DNA of 64,000 bases, taken from contig NC_043020.1 in assembly GCF_006345805.1 (NCBI RefSeq), positions 28,954,001 to 29,018,000 on the forward strand, in the 5' to 3' direction. Of the stretch, positions 13,560 to 26,718 are shown in pieces. The notes below the pieces were generated by a model. It saw only the letters and a program-made list of their open reading frames with translations, was not told where the DNA came from and ran no database searches. Made by a program: the position numbers and the translations under genes. Origin of the DNA: Octopus sinensis (taxonomy: Eukaryota). How positions within the stretch are numbered: the first letter of the stretch is position 1; every line of letters begins with the position of its first letter.

Positions 13560-14030
13560 CACCAATCACATCGAATGCGCCCCATCGTCTCGTCAACCAT
13601 CACATCGAACACGTTCCATTGTCTTGACAACCATCACATCGAACATGCTCCATCGTCTCGTCAACCATCACATCGAACACGTCCCATTGTCTTGACAACC
13701 ATCACATCAAACATGCCCCATCGTCTCGTCAACCATCACATCAAACATGCCCCATCGTCTCGTCAACCATCACATCAAACATGCCCCATCGTCTCGTTAA
13801 ACACCACATTAAACATGCCCCATCGTCTTGACAACCATCATATCAAACATGCCCCATCGCCTCGTCAACCATCATATCAAACATGCCCCATCGCCTCGTC
13901 AACCATCACATCAAACATGCCCCATCGTCTCGTTAAACACCACATTAAACATGCCCCATCGTCTTGACAACCATCACATCAAACATGCCCCATCGCCTTG
14001 TCAACCATCACATCAAACATGCTCCGTCTC
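13560..14030. repeat. 34-bp minisatellite, about 14 copies
   Basis: Unit aaccatcacatcaaacatgccccatcgtctcgtc with recurring variant units. Confidence 0.9.
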
Positions 14031-14154
14031 ATCAGACATACCCTTTTGCCTCATCACACAGTATTACACTAAATATGCTCTATCATCTATATTAAGTGAA
14101 GGATTTAGGTCCCGCACAAGAGAAATGAATTCAGGATATAAATAATGTTAACAT

Positions 14155-14370
14155 ATTTTTATCTACTCTAGGCACAAGGCCCGTAATTTTGAGGGAGGTG
14201 GCCAGTCGATAAGATCGACCCCAGTACACAACTGGTACTTAATTTATCGACCCCAAGAGGATGAAAGGCAAAGTCGACCTCTGCGGAATTTGAACTCAGA
14301 ACGTAAAGACAGACGAAATACCGCTAAGCATTTTGCCCAGTGTGCTAACGTTTCTGCCAGCTTGCTGCCC
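14155..14370 (-). mobile_element. Meta-domain-like SINE, second tail type (…GCCTAGAGTAGA), 16-bp TSD
   Basis: taaataatgttaacat occurs on both sides (14139-14154 and 14371-14386). Confidence 0.8.
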
Positions 14371-14492
14371 TAAATAATGTTAACATTGGCTACAACACGA
14401 GAGCCCTACATGTTTTTGTCCATCCATCCATTGTCGCCACCTGCTATTTTTGAGAGGGTCGTTGGGGTAGGATTCTCCAAAGCAACCATCTT

Positions 14493-14907
14493 GGGATCTT
14501 TTCGGTTTGAACGGCAGTTTTTTCTAGCGGTGTCATATGAAATTGTCACCCATAATTATGACCCTAGTATCAATCTATTGCATTTCAATCTGTTTTAGGG
14601 TTAGGGTTGCGGGGAAGGGTATCTTTTTTCTTCACAAATGTAAATAAACCCAATCTGTTTCTTAAACAAGGGACATTTTCATATGGCACAGAATGCTTTT
14701 TAACTCAATAGACGCCAGTGATTGGTTGAAATTGCAGAAATTGAAGAAAAAAAACAACAACAAATATCTTATAGACCATAGAATTTTCTCAATAAAGCCA
14801 AGAGAAAAAGATGTTTTATAAACACATTCTACCAGTATACGAAGTTTAAAAGTGTTTAGTTACAAAGAAATTGTGTTAAAAACTGCCGGTCAAACCGAAA
14901 AGACCCC
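14493..14907. mobile_element. MITE with ~27-bp TIRs and 6-bp TSD (superfamily unassigned)
   Basis: Left TIR gggatcttttcggtttgaacggcagtt, right TIR aactgccggtcaaaccgaaaagacccc. CATCTT flanks both ends (14487-14492 and 14908-14913). Confidence 0.85.
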
Positions 14908-16171
14908 CATCTTGTCCTTGTACCCTAATAGAATCAACTGGCAACAAAGTCTGCTAACCAGTCGCTCAATGCACAGAATAAGAATCTTTGCCAACTCTAC
15001 CAAAAAATGAAGATGGATTGGGGTTGGTGGTGGTGGGCAGGAAACTAATATGCCAGCTGCATTTATTAGTTGCAATCTAATGAGGAAATTATTTTAGCTG
15101 CCATTCAAAGAGGCTGATTTAAGGTGGATTAAGATTTCAAAGATAGACTGACTTAGCAGTAGCAGATATTTTCTTTTATGATGCAATAGGTGCAGGTGAG
15201 ACAAAGGTTGATCTTGTGAGTGGAATTTAGTAGAGACGTCTGGTAAAAAGGTTTGATTCATAACCTTGTAGTTTAGGGTTCCATCCCTGAGCAGCAATGG
15301 CATCTTGGGTGTCATCAACAAAAGCTCCAGGCTGACCAATGCCTTGGTGAGAAAATTTACAAGACAAAACTGTGCAGAAGCCCATCATACTGTTGTGTGT
15401 ATGTTACTGCTTGACACTATGTAACTTAGCCATTCAGTAAATGGTGACTGATAGAATAAGCACCAAATTTAGAAATAAGTTCTGTGGTTTGATTTTATTG
15501 CCTAGAACCTTCAAAAATAGTAAAAGACTTTGCCTTTCATCCTCTCAGGGTCAATAAATTAAGTACCAGTTGCGTACTGGGGTCGATCTAATCGACTGGC
15601 CACTTCCCTCAAAATTACAGGCCTTGTGCCTAGAGTAGAAAAGAATATGTTAACATTATTTATATCCTGAATTCATTTCTCTTGGGTGGGACCTAAATCC
15701 TTCACTTAACATAATAGAAGGGCTCAGGCTTTGATATTGACATTTTCTGAACCACAAGGTTTTGGGTTCAGTCCCACTATGCAATACCTTGGATAAGTGT
15801 CTTCTACAATAGCCCCAGGCCAACCACAGGTATTCCAGCATGGCCACAGTCCAATGATCCAAATCAGTAAAAGAATAAGGAGAGAGGGAGAGGAGAGGAG
15901 AGCAAGCATTTGATTGTGCTTTCATGCAACCTCAGTAATTTGTTTTGTACGAGTTCACTTCAATAATGGCTCTCAATTAGTCGTTATTAATTTCAGAAGG
16001 TCGTCTGCAACCTTCCAGTCTCCAGTTCTTGTCTCCGCCATAGAAACGAAGTGAACTTGTGACCGGCTCACTGAAAACCTGCAGCCAATTACATTATTGT
16101 TCACAAAATGCAATGGCCGACCAATGCCTTGTGAGTGGATTTCGTAGACGGAAACTGAAAGAAGCCGGTCG

Positions 16172-16202
<31 letters not shown>

Positions 16203-17552
16203 TTGTGTGTCTGTGTTTGTCCCCCCAGCATTGCTTGACAACCGATGCGTTTATGTCCCCGTAACTTAGTGGTTCGGCAAAAGAGACCGATAGAATAAGT
16301 ACTGGGCTTACAAAAGAATAAGTCCCGGGGTCGAGTTGCTCGATTAAAGGCGATGCTCCAGCATGGCCGCAGTCAAATGACTGAAACAAGTAAAAGAGTA
16401 TCAAACAACATCAGTCGAGAGCAGGGCATGAAAGCCTGTGGCTCAGAGGAGAGAGTGTTGCACCTACAATCATAGAATTGTAGTTTCAATACTTGGCCTG
16501 GGTGGTGCACCGTGTTCTTGGGCATTAACATTAAGTTTTTATGGAAATTCCCCAAGTTGAGGATTTGTAATGAAATTATGTCACGTTTTTCAGTTCACTG
16601 GCAACACAACACTATTCGTATTGTTTGCAATACAAACAAAAATGATTTTATTTCTTTTTTTTTTACTATTTATTGGTTTCAGTCATTGGACTACAGCCAT
16701 ACTGGAGCACCACCTTTAGCCAAACAAATCAACCTCAGTACTTTTGGTTTTAGAAAAAGTCGGGTGTTTATTTTTGCTGAATCGCTAAGTTATGGGGACA
16801 GTTGCCAAGCAGTGAAGACACACACATACACACACACACAGGTGAAAGGCTTACTGCTGTTTCAATATACCAAAATCCACTCATAAGGGTTTGGTTGGCC
16901 TAGGGTTACAGCATAAGACACTTGCCTAACATACCATGCAGTGGAAACTGAACCGGAAACCTTGCGATTGGCAAGCAAACTTAGGTTCTGAAGCATAACC
17001 TACTTAGAAATTGAAACACCGTCTCCAAATTGTCTATCAGCCACTCCTCAGGTGGCAGTTATGACGTGTCATTTCATTCTGACCCCACCCACCAATCACT
17101 GGTGGGATTATTGACACAAATAAGCTATTTACATTAAATAATGCTGTTGACTAATTCATTCTCCTCTGACAAACTTGCACCTACTTGAGTCGACTCTCTG
17201 GCATTTTATTTCTTAATCATAAAAGTGTAAAAGTTGACCAACAAGATTTAACCGACAACCACAAAGCTGTGAATGTGACACAGTATCTCATCTGGACCAG
17301 ATAGTCGTGCCCGACCTTCACCGATACTGAACAATGGCTGATTGGATGTAAATGAAAATTCTATTCAACAAAATTGAGTGCAGGTATTGCTGTATACACA
17401 GGTAGTTTGTATAGGTGAGAAATTTACTTCATAATCGCAGGGTTTCAAGTTGTATTTCACTGTGTGACACTCTGGTTAAGTGTTATCTACTTACAGTCAC
17501 AGGCCAACCAAAACCTTCTCAGTGGATTTGATAAACTTTATGGAAGCATATA

Positions 17553-17593
<41 letters not shown>

Positions 17594-18024
17594 GGGAGGG
17601 TTTACGAAAAAACAAAAGACGAAGACAGGTGGTGTACAAAACAAACAGATGTATTAGTATAACGCTCAGGAATTGAAAAAGTCTTTTATGTTTTGAGCCT
17701 ACGCTCTTCTACAGAAAGGGACACAGAAAAAACAAGGAGAGAAAAAAATGTGTAGTGGCTAATGATCTATCTAAATGCTTCCTTCTTGAGCCATACCAGA
17801 TTCATAAGGTCCAGTTTCCTGGTTTCAGAGGCGTAGAAATTCCCCACCAGGACAGGACGCCAGTCCACCACAGGATTACTCATTTTTGCCAGCTGAGTGG
17901 ACAGGAGCAGCATGAAATGACTTGTTTTGCTGAAGAACACAATGCATCGCCTGGTACAGGAATTGAAACCACAATCTTATGATCATGAGACCAACACCCT
18001 AACCACTGTGCCACAGACCTCCAC

Positions 18025-18066
<42 letters not shown>

Positions 18067-19444
18067 ATGTTAACCTGTTTTTGCTTGTCACTGGCTGATG
18101 GGATTCCATTCCCTGCAGACCACATGTTCCATCACTGTGGGTTTGAAGAATAAAAAATCCCTTACTCGAAAAACAAGGGTTGGTATTAGGAAGGGCACTA
18201 CTGTCATTTTTTAAAATTTTCCCTTTTCCATGCTTGCATGGCTCAGATGGAATTTGTTGAGGGAGATTTTCTATGGCCAGAAACCCTTTCTGTCACCAAA
18301 CCTCACCCGTTTCCAAGCAAGCTAACATTTCTTCAAAGCCAGACACGTTTTTTTAAAGACAACTGGAAACAAACATCATTTGTACGAAGGATGGTGCTTG
18401 TTTACAACCATCACATGTCAAGACAACACATTTCTTTCGGTTTCTGCATACCAGATCCACTCACAAGGCTTTGGTTGGCCTAGGGCTATAATAGAGGACC
18501 TTTGCCCATGGTGCTGCACAGTGGGACCAAACTCGAGAGCGCATGGTAGGGAAGCTTCTTAGCTACACCATCATCATCATCATCATTGTTTAACATTCGT
18601 TTTCCGTGCTAGTATGGGTTGGACAGTTTGACCGGGGTCTGCGAAGCCAGGAGGCTGCACCAGGCTCCAGCTGGATGCCCTTCCTAACGCCAAACACTCT
18701 GTGAGTGTAGTGGGTGCTTTTTACGTGCCAGGGGAAGCTGGCAGCGCCACGATCGATTGGTGCTTTTTACATGCCACCGGCACAGAAGCCAGACAAGGCA
18801 GTGCTGGCATCGGCCACATTCGGATGGTGCTTTTTACGTGCCACCGGTAACTGTATCTATGGCATCCAGTTGTAAAATGCTGCCTCAAATAAGTCTCTGT
18901 TCAACCCATGCCAGCATAGAAAACCAGATATAAAAGGAACAAAGATAATGCAATTTCCTAATTAGACTAAAAGTCTCAACTCATAAATATGTTGTAAGTC
19001 TTTCAATCATTACATCCAGACATCTTAACTGATACCTATCTCTTACACAAGAAACCCAGTCAGACACAGAACAGCCAAACACATTGGCTATATTCAGTTG
19101 CGAATATGAGATATGTAGCTCGCATGACATCTAGATTTCTGAATATATAATCAACTCCTTTGTATGTACAACGTTTAGAAGAGAAATGGAAAAAGTAAAA
19201 AAAAACCCAGAAAACTCATTGGCAAAAATATAATGATTGTGAACATTTCATTAAAAAGGCATGTCATGTTTACACAACAGTATCAGTCTGTCTACAAAGT
19301 TAGAAAAACGTCCTGGGTTAAAGAATACTTAGGATTTGATATCTTTTACTCATTTCAGTTAGAGGACTGCAGCCATGCTGGAGCACCACTCTGATGGGTT
19401 TATAGTGAAACAACTTGACCCCAGTTCTATATTTAAGAGATGAG

Positions 19445-19660
19445 GAATTATGTACATTATTTACATTTGACGGATATTTGTCCTCATCTTGTTTGTTGTT
19501 AACACGTTTCAGCTGATATACCCTCCGAGCCTTCATCAGGTGTCTTGGGGAAATTTCAAACCCAGGTTCGAAATTTCCCCAAGAAGGCTAGAGGGTATAT
19601 CAGCTGAAACGTGTTAACAACAAACAAGATGAGGACAAGTATCCATCACATGTAAATAAT
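19445..19660. mobile_element. Penelope-type terminal repeat arranged as an inverted repeat, with hammerhead-like core on the minus strand
   Basis: Arms gtcctcatcttgtttgttgttaacacgtttcagctgatataccctc and gagggtatatcagctgaaacgtgttaacaacaaacaagatgaggac are complementary. The minus strand carries CTGATGA-AGGCT..AGCT-GAAAC. The Penelope assignment is from recalled association of such motifs with PLEs. Confidence 0.65.
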
Positions 19661-20269
19661 GTGAAAAATTTGACCCAAGTACTTATTCTATCAGTCTCTT
19701 TTGCCAAACCGCTAAGTTATGGGATGTAAACAAAGCAAACACCGGTTGTCCAATAGTGTGCATGGGTGTAGCATGCTTGCATGGGTCGGATGGAATTCAC
19801 TGTGGTGGCTGCCTTATGGATGAATGCCCTTCCTGCTACCAACCCTCACCCATTTGCAAGTAAGGCAACATCTCCCCAAGGTCAGATATATTTTCACAGA
19901 ATACTGGAAATGACAGATATTGTTTGTCTAATAGTGACACTGGTCTACAACTGTCACGTAATGGCAAGGCACAGAGACAGTAGTACACATACAGTGGGCT
20001 TCTTTCAGTTTCTGCCTACCCAATTCACTCAGAAGGTATTGGAGTACAAGATACTTGCTCAAGATGTTACACAGTGGGACTGAACCTGAAACCTTGCGGT
20101 TGTAAAGCGAGCTTCTCAATCATAGATGGCCATTGGTGTATATAAAGAAAGCTACCTGCATTTTAGGATAACATTTAATACTTTTGCTCTGGTGTTCTCA
20201 TCCAGCTTACTTATTGCTCTCAGAATTCTTGGTGGAATATCAAATACTTTAAGTATCTTCATCATCATT

Positions 20270-21065
20270 CCTGAAACATGGATGCTCACTGGAAGCACTC
20301 CGTCGGTTCCGACGACGAGGGTTCCGGTTGATCCGATCAACGGAACAGTCTGCTCGTGAAATTAACGTGTAAGTGGCTGAGCACTCCACAGACACGTGTA
20401 CCCTTAACGTAGTTCTTGGGGATATTCAGCGTGACACAGAGAGTGACAAGGCCGGCCCTTTGAAATACAGGTACAACAGAAACAGGAAGTAAGAGTGAGA
20501 GAAAGTTGTGGTGAAAGAGTACAGCAGGGATCACCACCACCCCTTGCCGGAGCCTCGTGGAGCTTTAGGTGTTTTCGCTCAATAAACACTCACAACGCCC
20601 GGTCTGGGAATCAAAACCGCGATCCTACGACCGCGAGTCCGCTGCCCTAACCACTGGGCCATTGCGCCTCCACGGATGCTCACTAAAGAAGCAGCTGGAT
20701 GGTTGTTATACGAAAATTCTTAGAATGGCACTCAATGTCTCCTGGAAGAATCATACAACAAATGCCGACTTGTAACAGGGACTACCAAAAGTATCATTGA
20801 AGACACAGCATAGGATGAGGCTAGCTGGACACTGCATCAGACATACCAATGAAATTGTTAACAAGCTAGTGCTCTGGCAACCAATGGAAGGAAGAACCAG
20901 AAGAGGAAGGAGGAAGATGATCTATATTGACAACTTGCCGGAGGATACTGGTATGGAAGGGGTACAGGAGCAGAGGACCATTATGGAAGATCGAGATGAA
21001 TGGGGAAAACGTGTGGAAACAGTCTTGGGGCATCCTGGGGGACGGCCTAGATAGATAGATAAGTA
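20270..21065 (+). mobile_element. RTE-group LINE ORF2 C-terminus and 3' end, interrupted by a SINE
   Basis: PETWMLT|[SINE]|..KQLDGCYTKILRMALNVSWKNHTTNADL*...RMRLAGHCIRH...LVLWQPMEGRTRRGRRKMIYIDNLPEDTG, followed by a (TAGA)n tail. Confidence 0.75.
20291..20673 (-). mobile_element. Full-length tRNA-derived SINE (third family) with 11-bp TSD
   Basis: Head GGAGGCGCAATGGCCCAGTGGTTAGGGCAGCGGACTCGCGGTCGTAGGATCGCGGTTTTGATTCCC. TSD GGATGCTCACT at 20280-20290 and 20674-20684. Confidence 0.85.
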
Positions 21066-21559
21066 GATGAAAACTGAAAAGAAGCCTGTGATATGTATGC
21101 ATGCATGCGAGTGTGTGTATGTTTGTGTCTCCTTGTCTTGACATCATGTGATTGTTGTAAATAAATGTTGCTGATATGCAATATCCCGTGAAATGTTTAG
21201 CCATTGGGAAGTATTACCTTGTTTGGAAACAGGTGAGAGTTGTTGACAGGAAGAGTATCCAGTCGTAGAATATCAGTCTCAATAGACTTCATCCAATTCA
21301 TGTAAGCATGGAAAAGTGAGTGTTAAAGCAACGACAACATATATATGCATATATCTATGTGGGAACTCACTGGCCCCCAAGCAGTCCTGCTCCTATTAAC
21401 TCTTCAGATGTAGTTGGATATCAAACCCCAAAATACAACCACAAGCAGTGGGAAGTCACATCTCCCTTTGAGATGCAAAAAAACTTAAGGCTGCCACTGC
21501 AGAAACTGTAGAAATGCTTAAGCAGAAATTAGATGATGTATGCTGTATGCAACAGTTGA

Positions 21560-22960
21560 GATGGAGGGGAGCCTCAGATGATTTCTGACAGGGTGGAGTA
21601 AATAGACTGTGGCTGAAAATTTGATAAATAAACCGAGGTAGTCAGAGTATATGACAGAATAATTAAACTTAATTTTGACAAACAGTTGAATTGCAACAAT
21701 TTCTGCCTATGTCTAATGGTCAAAATTGACAGATGAGCAAGAGGACTATTTCTATAAAACTTTACCACTCTTTATTTCTCTTCGCTTATTTTTGTTTAAA
21801 ATAACAGAGGATATATCTTGTAAAGAGAAAAGCTGAAAGTAAAAATTTGCCAATATTGTGAGCTCTGAAGATCAGAGGTACAGGGTATTCCAGATGTGGC
21901 AATGCATCGGCATATATTAGGATGTTGTAGGTGAAAAGTGTGTAATGGGATGATAGAGGTACACTTGTCCTTATTGATGCTGAGGAGAAAGCATAGACAA
22001 GCAACTTCGAGAGATTGATGAATAAAGAAAATGTGTAGAAGGGAGGACTATTTTTAGTGGATCCTAGAGAGTGACCAGCTATCGAGGTTGACAGCTCTAG
22101 GATCAGAAAGGACCATTTACCTGTTAGTATTTAAACCGGCCATATTTGGTCCAAATATTGTCTTTTGTTAAAGCTGTCCAGGTCCAGTCTCCCACACTTA
22201 TCCTACAATGTTAATCTAAAAATAAACAACCACATCTGCAAGATCTCAAAGCTACAAGATAATAGAGGATTAATTTTTAAAACGTTAAATAAACGTCACA
22301 TCTGACAGAGTAATCTGAATGCTGAAACCCTTTGGTTTAAGGATATGAAGAAAGCAGGGACCACAACAGGACCATCAGTGACATAGCTGAAATGCTGAAA
22401 ATATCTGACCAAACAGGACACATGCAAATCAATTAGGCAGTGTGGGGAAGTGGGCATCACTAGTAATTGGTACAACAGCATCAGGGCAGGGAAGCTGCTC
22501 TAGAAAGAAGCAACAACATCATCAAGTTAGTGTACCAAGTTATGAAAGTGACAGAGTTATAGCATAGCTAATTAAGAAGAGAATTAGTTTAGATGAAATG
22601 CGAGATTTGTGCTAGGTTGGGAAAGTTGTCAGCTAGGAGTAGTAAGCCACTATACTGATTCATTCACCTGGGGGAAAGAATTTGATAGAGTACTGCTCTA
22701 TGTATGATAGTTGCAAAGAAGGAGTGTAGGTGAATGGCTTGTAGATGCTATGTAGCAAGGTGAGAGCAATGTGAGGAATTTAGCAGGTAGTTGGACACAA
22801 AAAAAGAGTTGAAAACCAACAGTTCTGTGGCTGAGAATGCCTGCATGTCGACATCTTAGTTCTCATTCAAGAATTAATCCAAGAATTAGAGGTAAAGTTC
22901 TGAATGTGCAAACAGAGTCCAGAATCGAGAGGTTTAAAAGGCCAACTTGAAAAAGACAAG
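21560..22960 (+). mobile_element. Heavily decayed RTE LINE ORF2 relic, continuing at ~25100-25700
   Basis: Broken-frame motifs are recognisable: DVVGEKCV..D.GTL.L...EK....FERLMNKEN, a GK.DALE..N..IKL...VMKVTE-like stretch and ISLDEM. Later come KFRE.L.L..RKG.S and a RHVIHRKDDSWVK-like stretch. Many stops and frameshifts. Confidence 0.55.
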
Positions 22961-25900
22961 TCTTAGTTAACAAAAAGGAAAACAGAGGTAGACTTCCAAC
23001 CTATATTCTCTATGAAGAAAGTTAGCTGAGTAGAAATTCTATACTGTGTATCAGATATAAACTATGCATGCACAAAAGGTGCAGTGAGATCTCAAGTAGG
23101 CTGACGGATTAAGTAAAGAGACAACAGATTATGCAGAAGTACAATATTTGTTATTCTGTAAGAGCAGGTCACTTTAAGATTGACAAAAGAAAAAAAACAA
23201 CCCAACTTAATAAGAAAATATAACAAAAACTGATTACAAGTGTTTTCTTAGTTTTTGTTTGCAGCAAATCTTAACTTGTGTCCTCATTTTTTTTTCATTT
23301 CACAAGAGGATTAATGGACTCATTGTTTGGTAGACATAGGCACACAACTTTCACTTGGCACCTACCACATTTTTCAGGTTCTTAACTTTATATAGTCAAA
23401 AATTATAGTTTTCAAGTTAGTGCATAGAGAGAGTAAGGTCTCTGTAGCCAAATCTTTGAGTCTAACAATTGACATGTCAACTCTGAGTGACATTGGACAC
23501 TAGTGTGTCTATTCCAGAAAACTGGCCATACAGGTGAAATAATTTATGCTATTCTATATACACAGTTGTGACCACGCAGTTAAGAAGTTTCTCAACCATG
23601 TGGTCTTGGGTTCAGTCCCACTGACCTGGTAAGTATCTACTATCGCTCCAGGCTGAGCAAAGCCTTGAGGGGATTTGGTAGACGAAAACAGAAAGAACCC
23701 CATTATACATACACCTGTGTGTTCTTGTGTACACCCTTGTTTTGATATCACATGCTGGTTGTTGGTAGGTATCCCTGTCGTACAAGCAATGTTGCTGGTT
23801 TCTAGTCTTCTGTAGAAAATATGTCTGGCCATGGGGAAATATTAACTTGCTTGGAAACAAGTGAGGGTCGACAACAGAAAGGGGGCATCTAGACAGAAAA
23901 TCTGCTTCAACAAAATTCTGTTTGACCCATGCAAAAGTGGATACTTAATCATGATGATGTCATACATAGTTTGACTTCCTGACACTGAAAAATAGCAAGG
24001 TTTCTATGCAACCTTATATTCTCTGACTGATAAAGCCTTCTCCGCTGCATGAGTAACAATCGATATGTCGACTAACCATCACACCCTTCTGAAATATCAC
24101 CCCTTCTTATCCCTCCCAATCCAATCCTCTGTACCTATTACTTAACTACTAAACACAGAGAAACAAGGACAGACAAACGGATTGTCGATGACATCAACCC
24201 CAGTACTTAACTGGTACTTAATTTATCGACCCTGAAAGGATGAAAGGCAAAGTTGACCTCGGCGGAATTTGAACTCGGAACGTAATGGCAGCCAAAATAC
24301 TGCTAAGCATTTCGCCCGGCGTGCTAACCACTCTGCCAGTTCGCCACCTCTGTACCATTAACTAAATAACCAAGGTATGGTTTGATGCAAACTTTCAACT
24401 GCCCATGTGATTCAGAAGCTTGCTTTGCAACCATGTGGTTATGAGTTCAATCCCACTACATGGCATCTAGGACAGGCATCTTAAACTATCGCTCAGAGCT
24501 GACCAATGTCTTGTGAATTTAATTTGCTAGACGGAAACTGTGTGGAAGTTTGTTTTGTGTGTATGTGTTTGTCTCCCCTACAGCACTGCAAGACAAATGT
24601 TAGCTTGTCTATGTCCCTGACTTAGTGGTTCAGCAAAACAGACCAATATGATAAAAAACAGTACTTAACAAATAGCAACATTGATTTGTTCAATGAAATC
24701 CTTTAATGCAGTGCCCCAGCTGGCCACAGTCCATTGACTGAACCCAAGATATACAAGAAAGAGTAGCTGACAGGCCTTATTATTTAGGTGACCAAATCAG
24801 CAGTGAAATTAGGTTTTGCAAGAGTATAATTGGCCTCATTTAAAGACGGGTGGGCAAAATCCAGAGAGTTATTCTATTGAGAATATCTCTTTAACCCTTT
24901 TGTTTTCATATTTGTTGGAATGCTCAATGTTTGTTGTTATTAAGCTTGTGTGTTCAGAACATAAATTAACACAAAATGTTGATGGATGGTTTTTTAAATT
25001 TAGATCACTAACCTTTTTGTTACTGTATATCTGTCATTGTGTCATTTAAATTTGAAAATAATAAAGAATTTAGTGAAATAACTCATTATTAGACTGGCGC
25101 TTGGAACATGAATTCACATGAAATTGTGATGGATGGTGTTAATTTAGATCACTTTAAAATGGGAAGCTTGTATCATAGAACCAGGAGCAGTCTAAGGCAG
25201 GTTGGCATCAATAATGGTGAAAAAAGGGTGGAAAAATTTAGAGAGGTATTACTTCTATGGACAAGAAAGGGCTTCTCTTTTGATTGTACAATATTTGTGC
25301 GTGAAATACGATAGAGCGAAAAGGGCACTGAAAGGAGGAGTGTGTGAAAAAGCTGGTGAGAAATAAGGCAAAACTGTTTCATTGGATGTGTAATATCAGT
25401 GTACATGAATGATGCAGCAGAGAGGAGCCGAGAAGAAAAAGATGAAAAAGGGAGGATGGGAAAGAGGCAGAAGAAGAAGAATCAGATGTAGAAGAGAGAT
25501 TAATAGAGACATGTGATTCATAGAAAAGATGACAGTTGGGTGAAACGTGCCAAGCAATCTAAATAAAAGGAGTCTGTAGAAGAAGATGACCAAGGAGAGA
25601 CATGGAGTGGGTGGAGAGCAATAAAGGCCAATTACAGGATGCTGAGTCTTGTGAAGGGGATACATAACTGCTACATGTGGTGAGATGCTGTGCTGAAACA
25701 CTCATTTTTTCCATGATGGCATGGATTGTAATCCATAAAATGATCTCTCTCTCTCTCGCACACACAAGGTTTCAGTACATTATCCTTTACTTGTTTCAAT
25801 CCTTGGATTGCTGCCATGCTGCAGCACCATTTCAAAGGGTTTTAGTCGAGCAAAGCAATCCTGTTATTTTATTTGTTTTTTGTAAGTCTGGTAATTATTT

Positions 25901-26496
25901 TACCAGTGTCTTTTTCCAAACTTAGCTATGGGGACACAAACAAACCAACAGTGGCTGAGGTAAGACGGACACACACACTTCCCTTCTACCAAATTCACTC
26001 ACAAGGTATCGGTCAGGCCAAGACTAAGTGTAGAAGACACTTGCCCCAGGTGCTGCACAGTGGGACTGAACCCTACACCACATGGTTGCAAATTGAACTC
26101 CTTAACCACACAACCACGCCTGTGCCTATAGAAGTGCCTATGAAACTAAATCTTTTGCTAATATTAAGGAGATTATGTGTTTTGTGATGTCCTGTAGGCA
26201 GAAACAAGCTAAATAAGCCAAGTGCAATGTAATATGCACTTTACCATTCGACATTGGAGGACAAAAACATCTCTAAAAGAGTATTTTTAGCTGAAACACT
26301 TAACCATATTAAAAGTGGCTTCCTGCATCTGCGTTCTCAAACCAAGATGGGTTACGTAGCAAAGAGAACAGCATTTCCCAATCCGCACGTAGCAAAAATG
26401 CCCAAAATCAGAATATTTTGTAGAGATTACAATTAGACGATACCACCCACTTTTTGGAGGGAGGCCTGCGTGTGGTCTAAATGACACCCTATTTAA

Positions 26497-26718
26497 CCCT
26501 TTTGATACTAACCTGGCCAAAACCAGCTCTGGCTCTGTAGTATAAATGTCTTGTTTTCATAAGTTTTTCATTAAAATATACCACCAAACTTTAGTCACAA
26601 TTTAAGATCCTAACAGTAGCTGAATGATAACTAAGTTATTTTACTAAATTCTTTGTTATATTTACAATTAATTGAAAGAAATCCAGAGCATCTCAAAATG
26701 AATACGGTAACGAAAGGG
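26497..26718. mobile_element. piggyBac-type MITE
   Basis: TTAA|CCCTTTTGATAC ... GTAACGAAAGGG|TTAA: TTAA target duplication and CCC/GGG termini. Confidence 0.8.

Noticed and set aside
20600-20673. tRNA-like sequence (also near 4025 and 56171)
   Set aside because: These are SINE heads continuing into SINE bodies. The copy at 20291-20673 has a TSD, and none gives a convincing complete cloverleaf.
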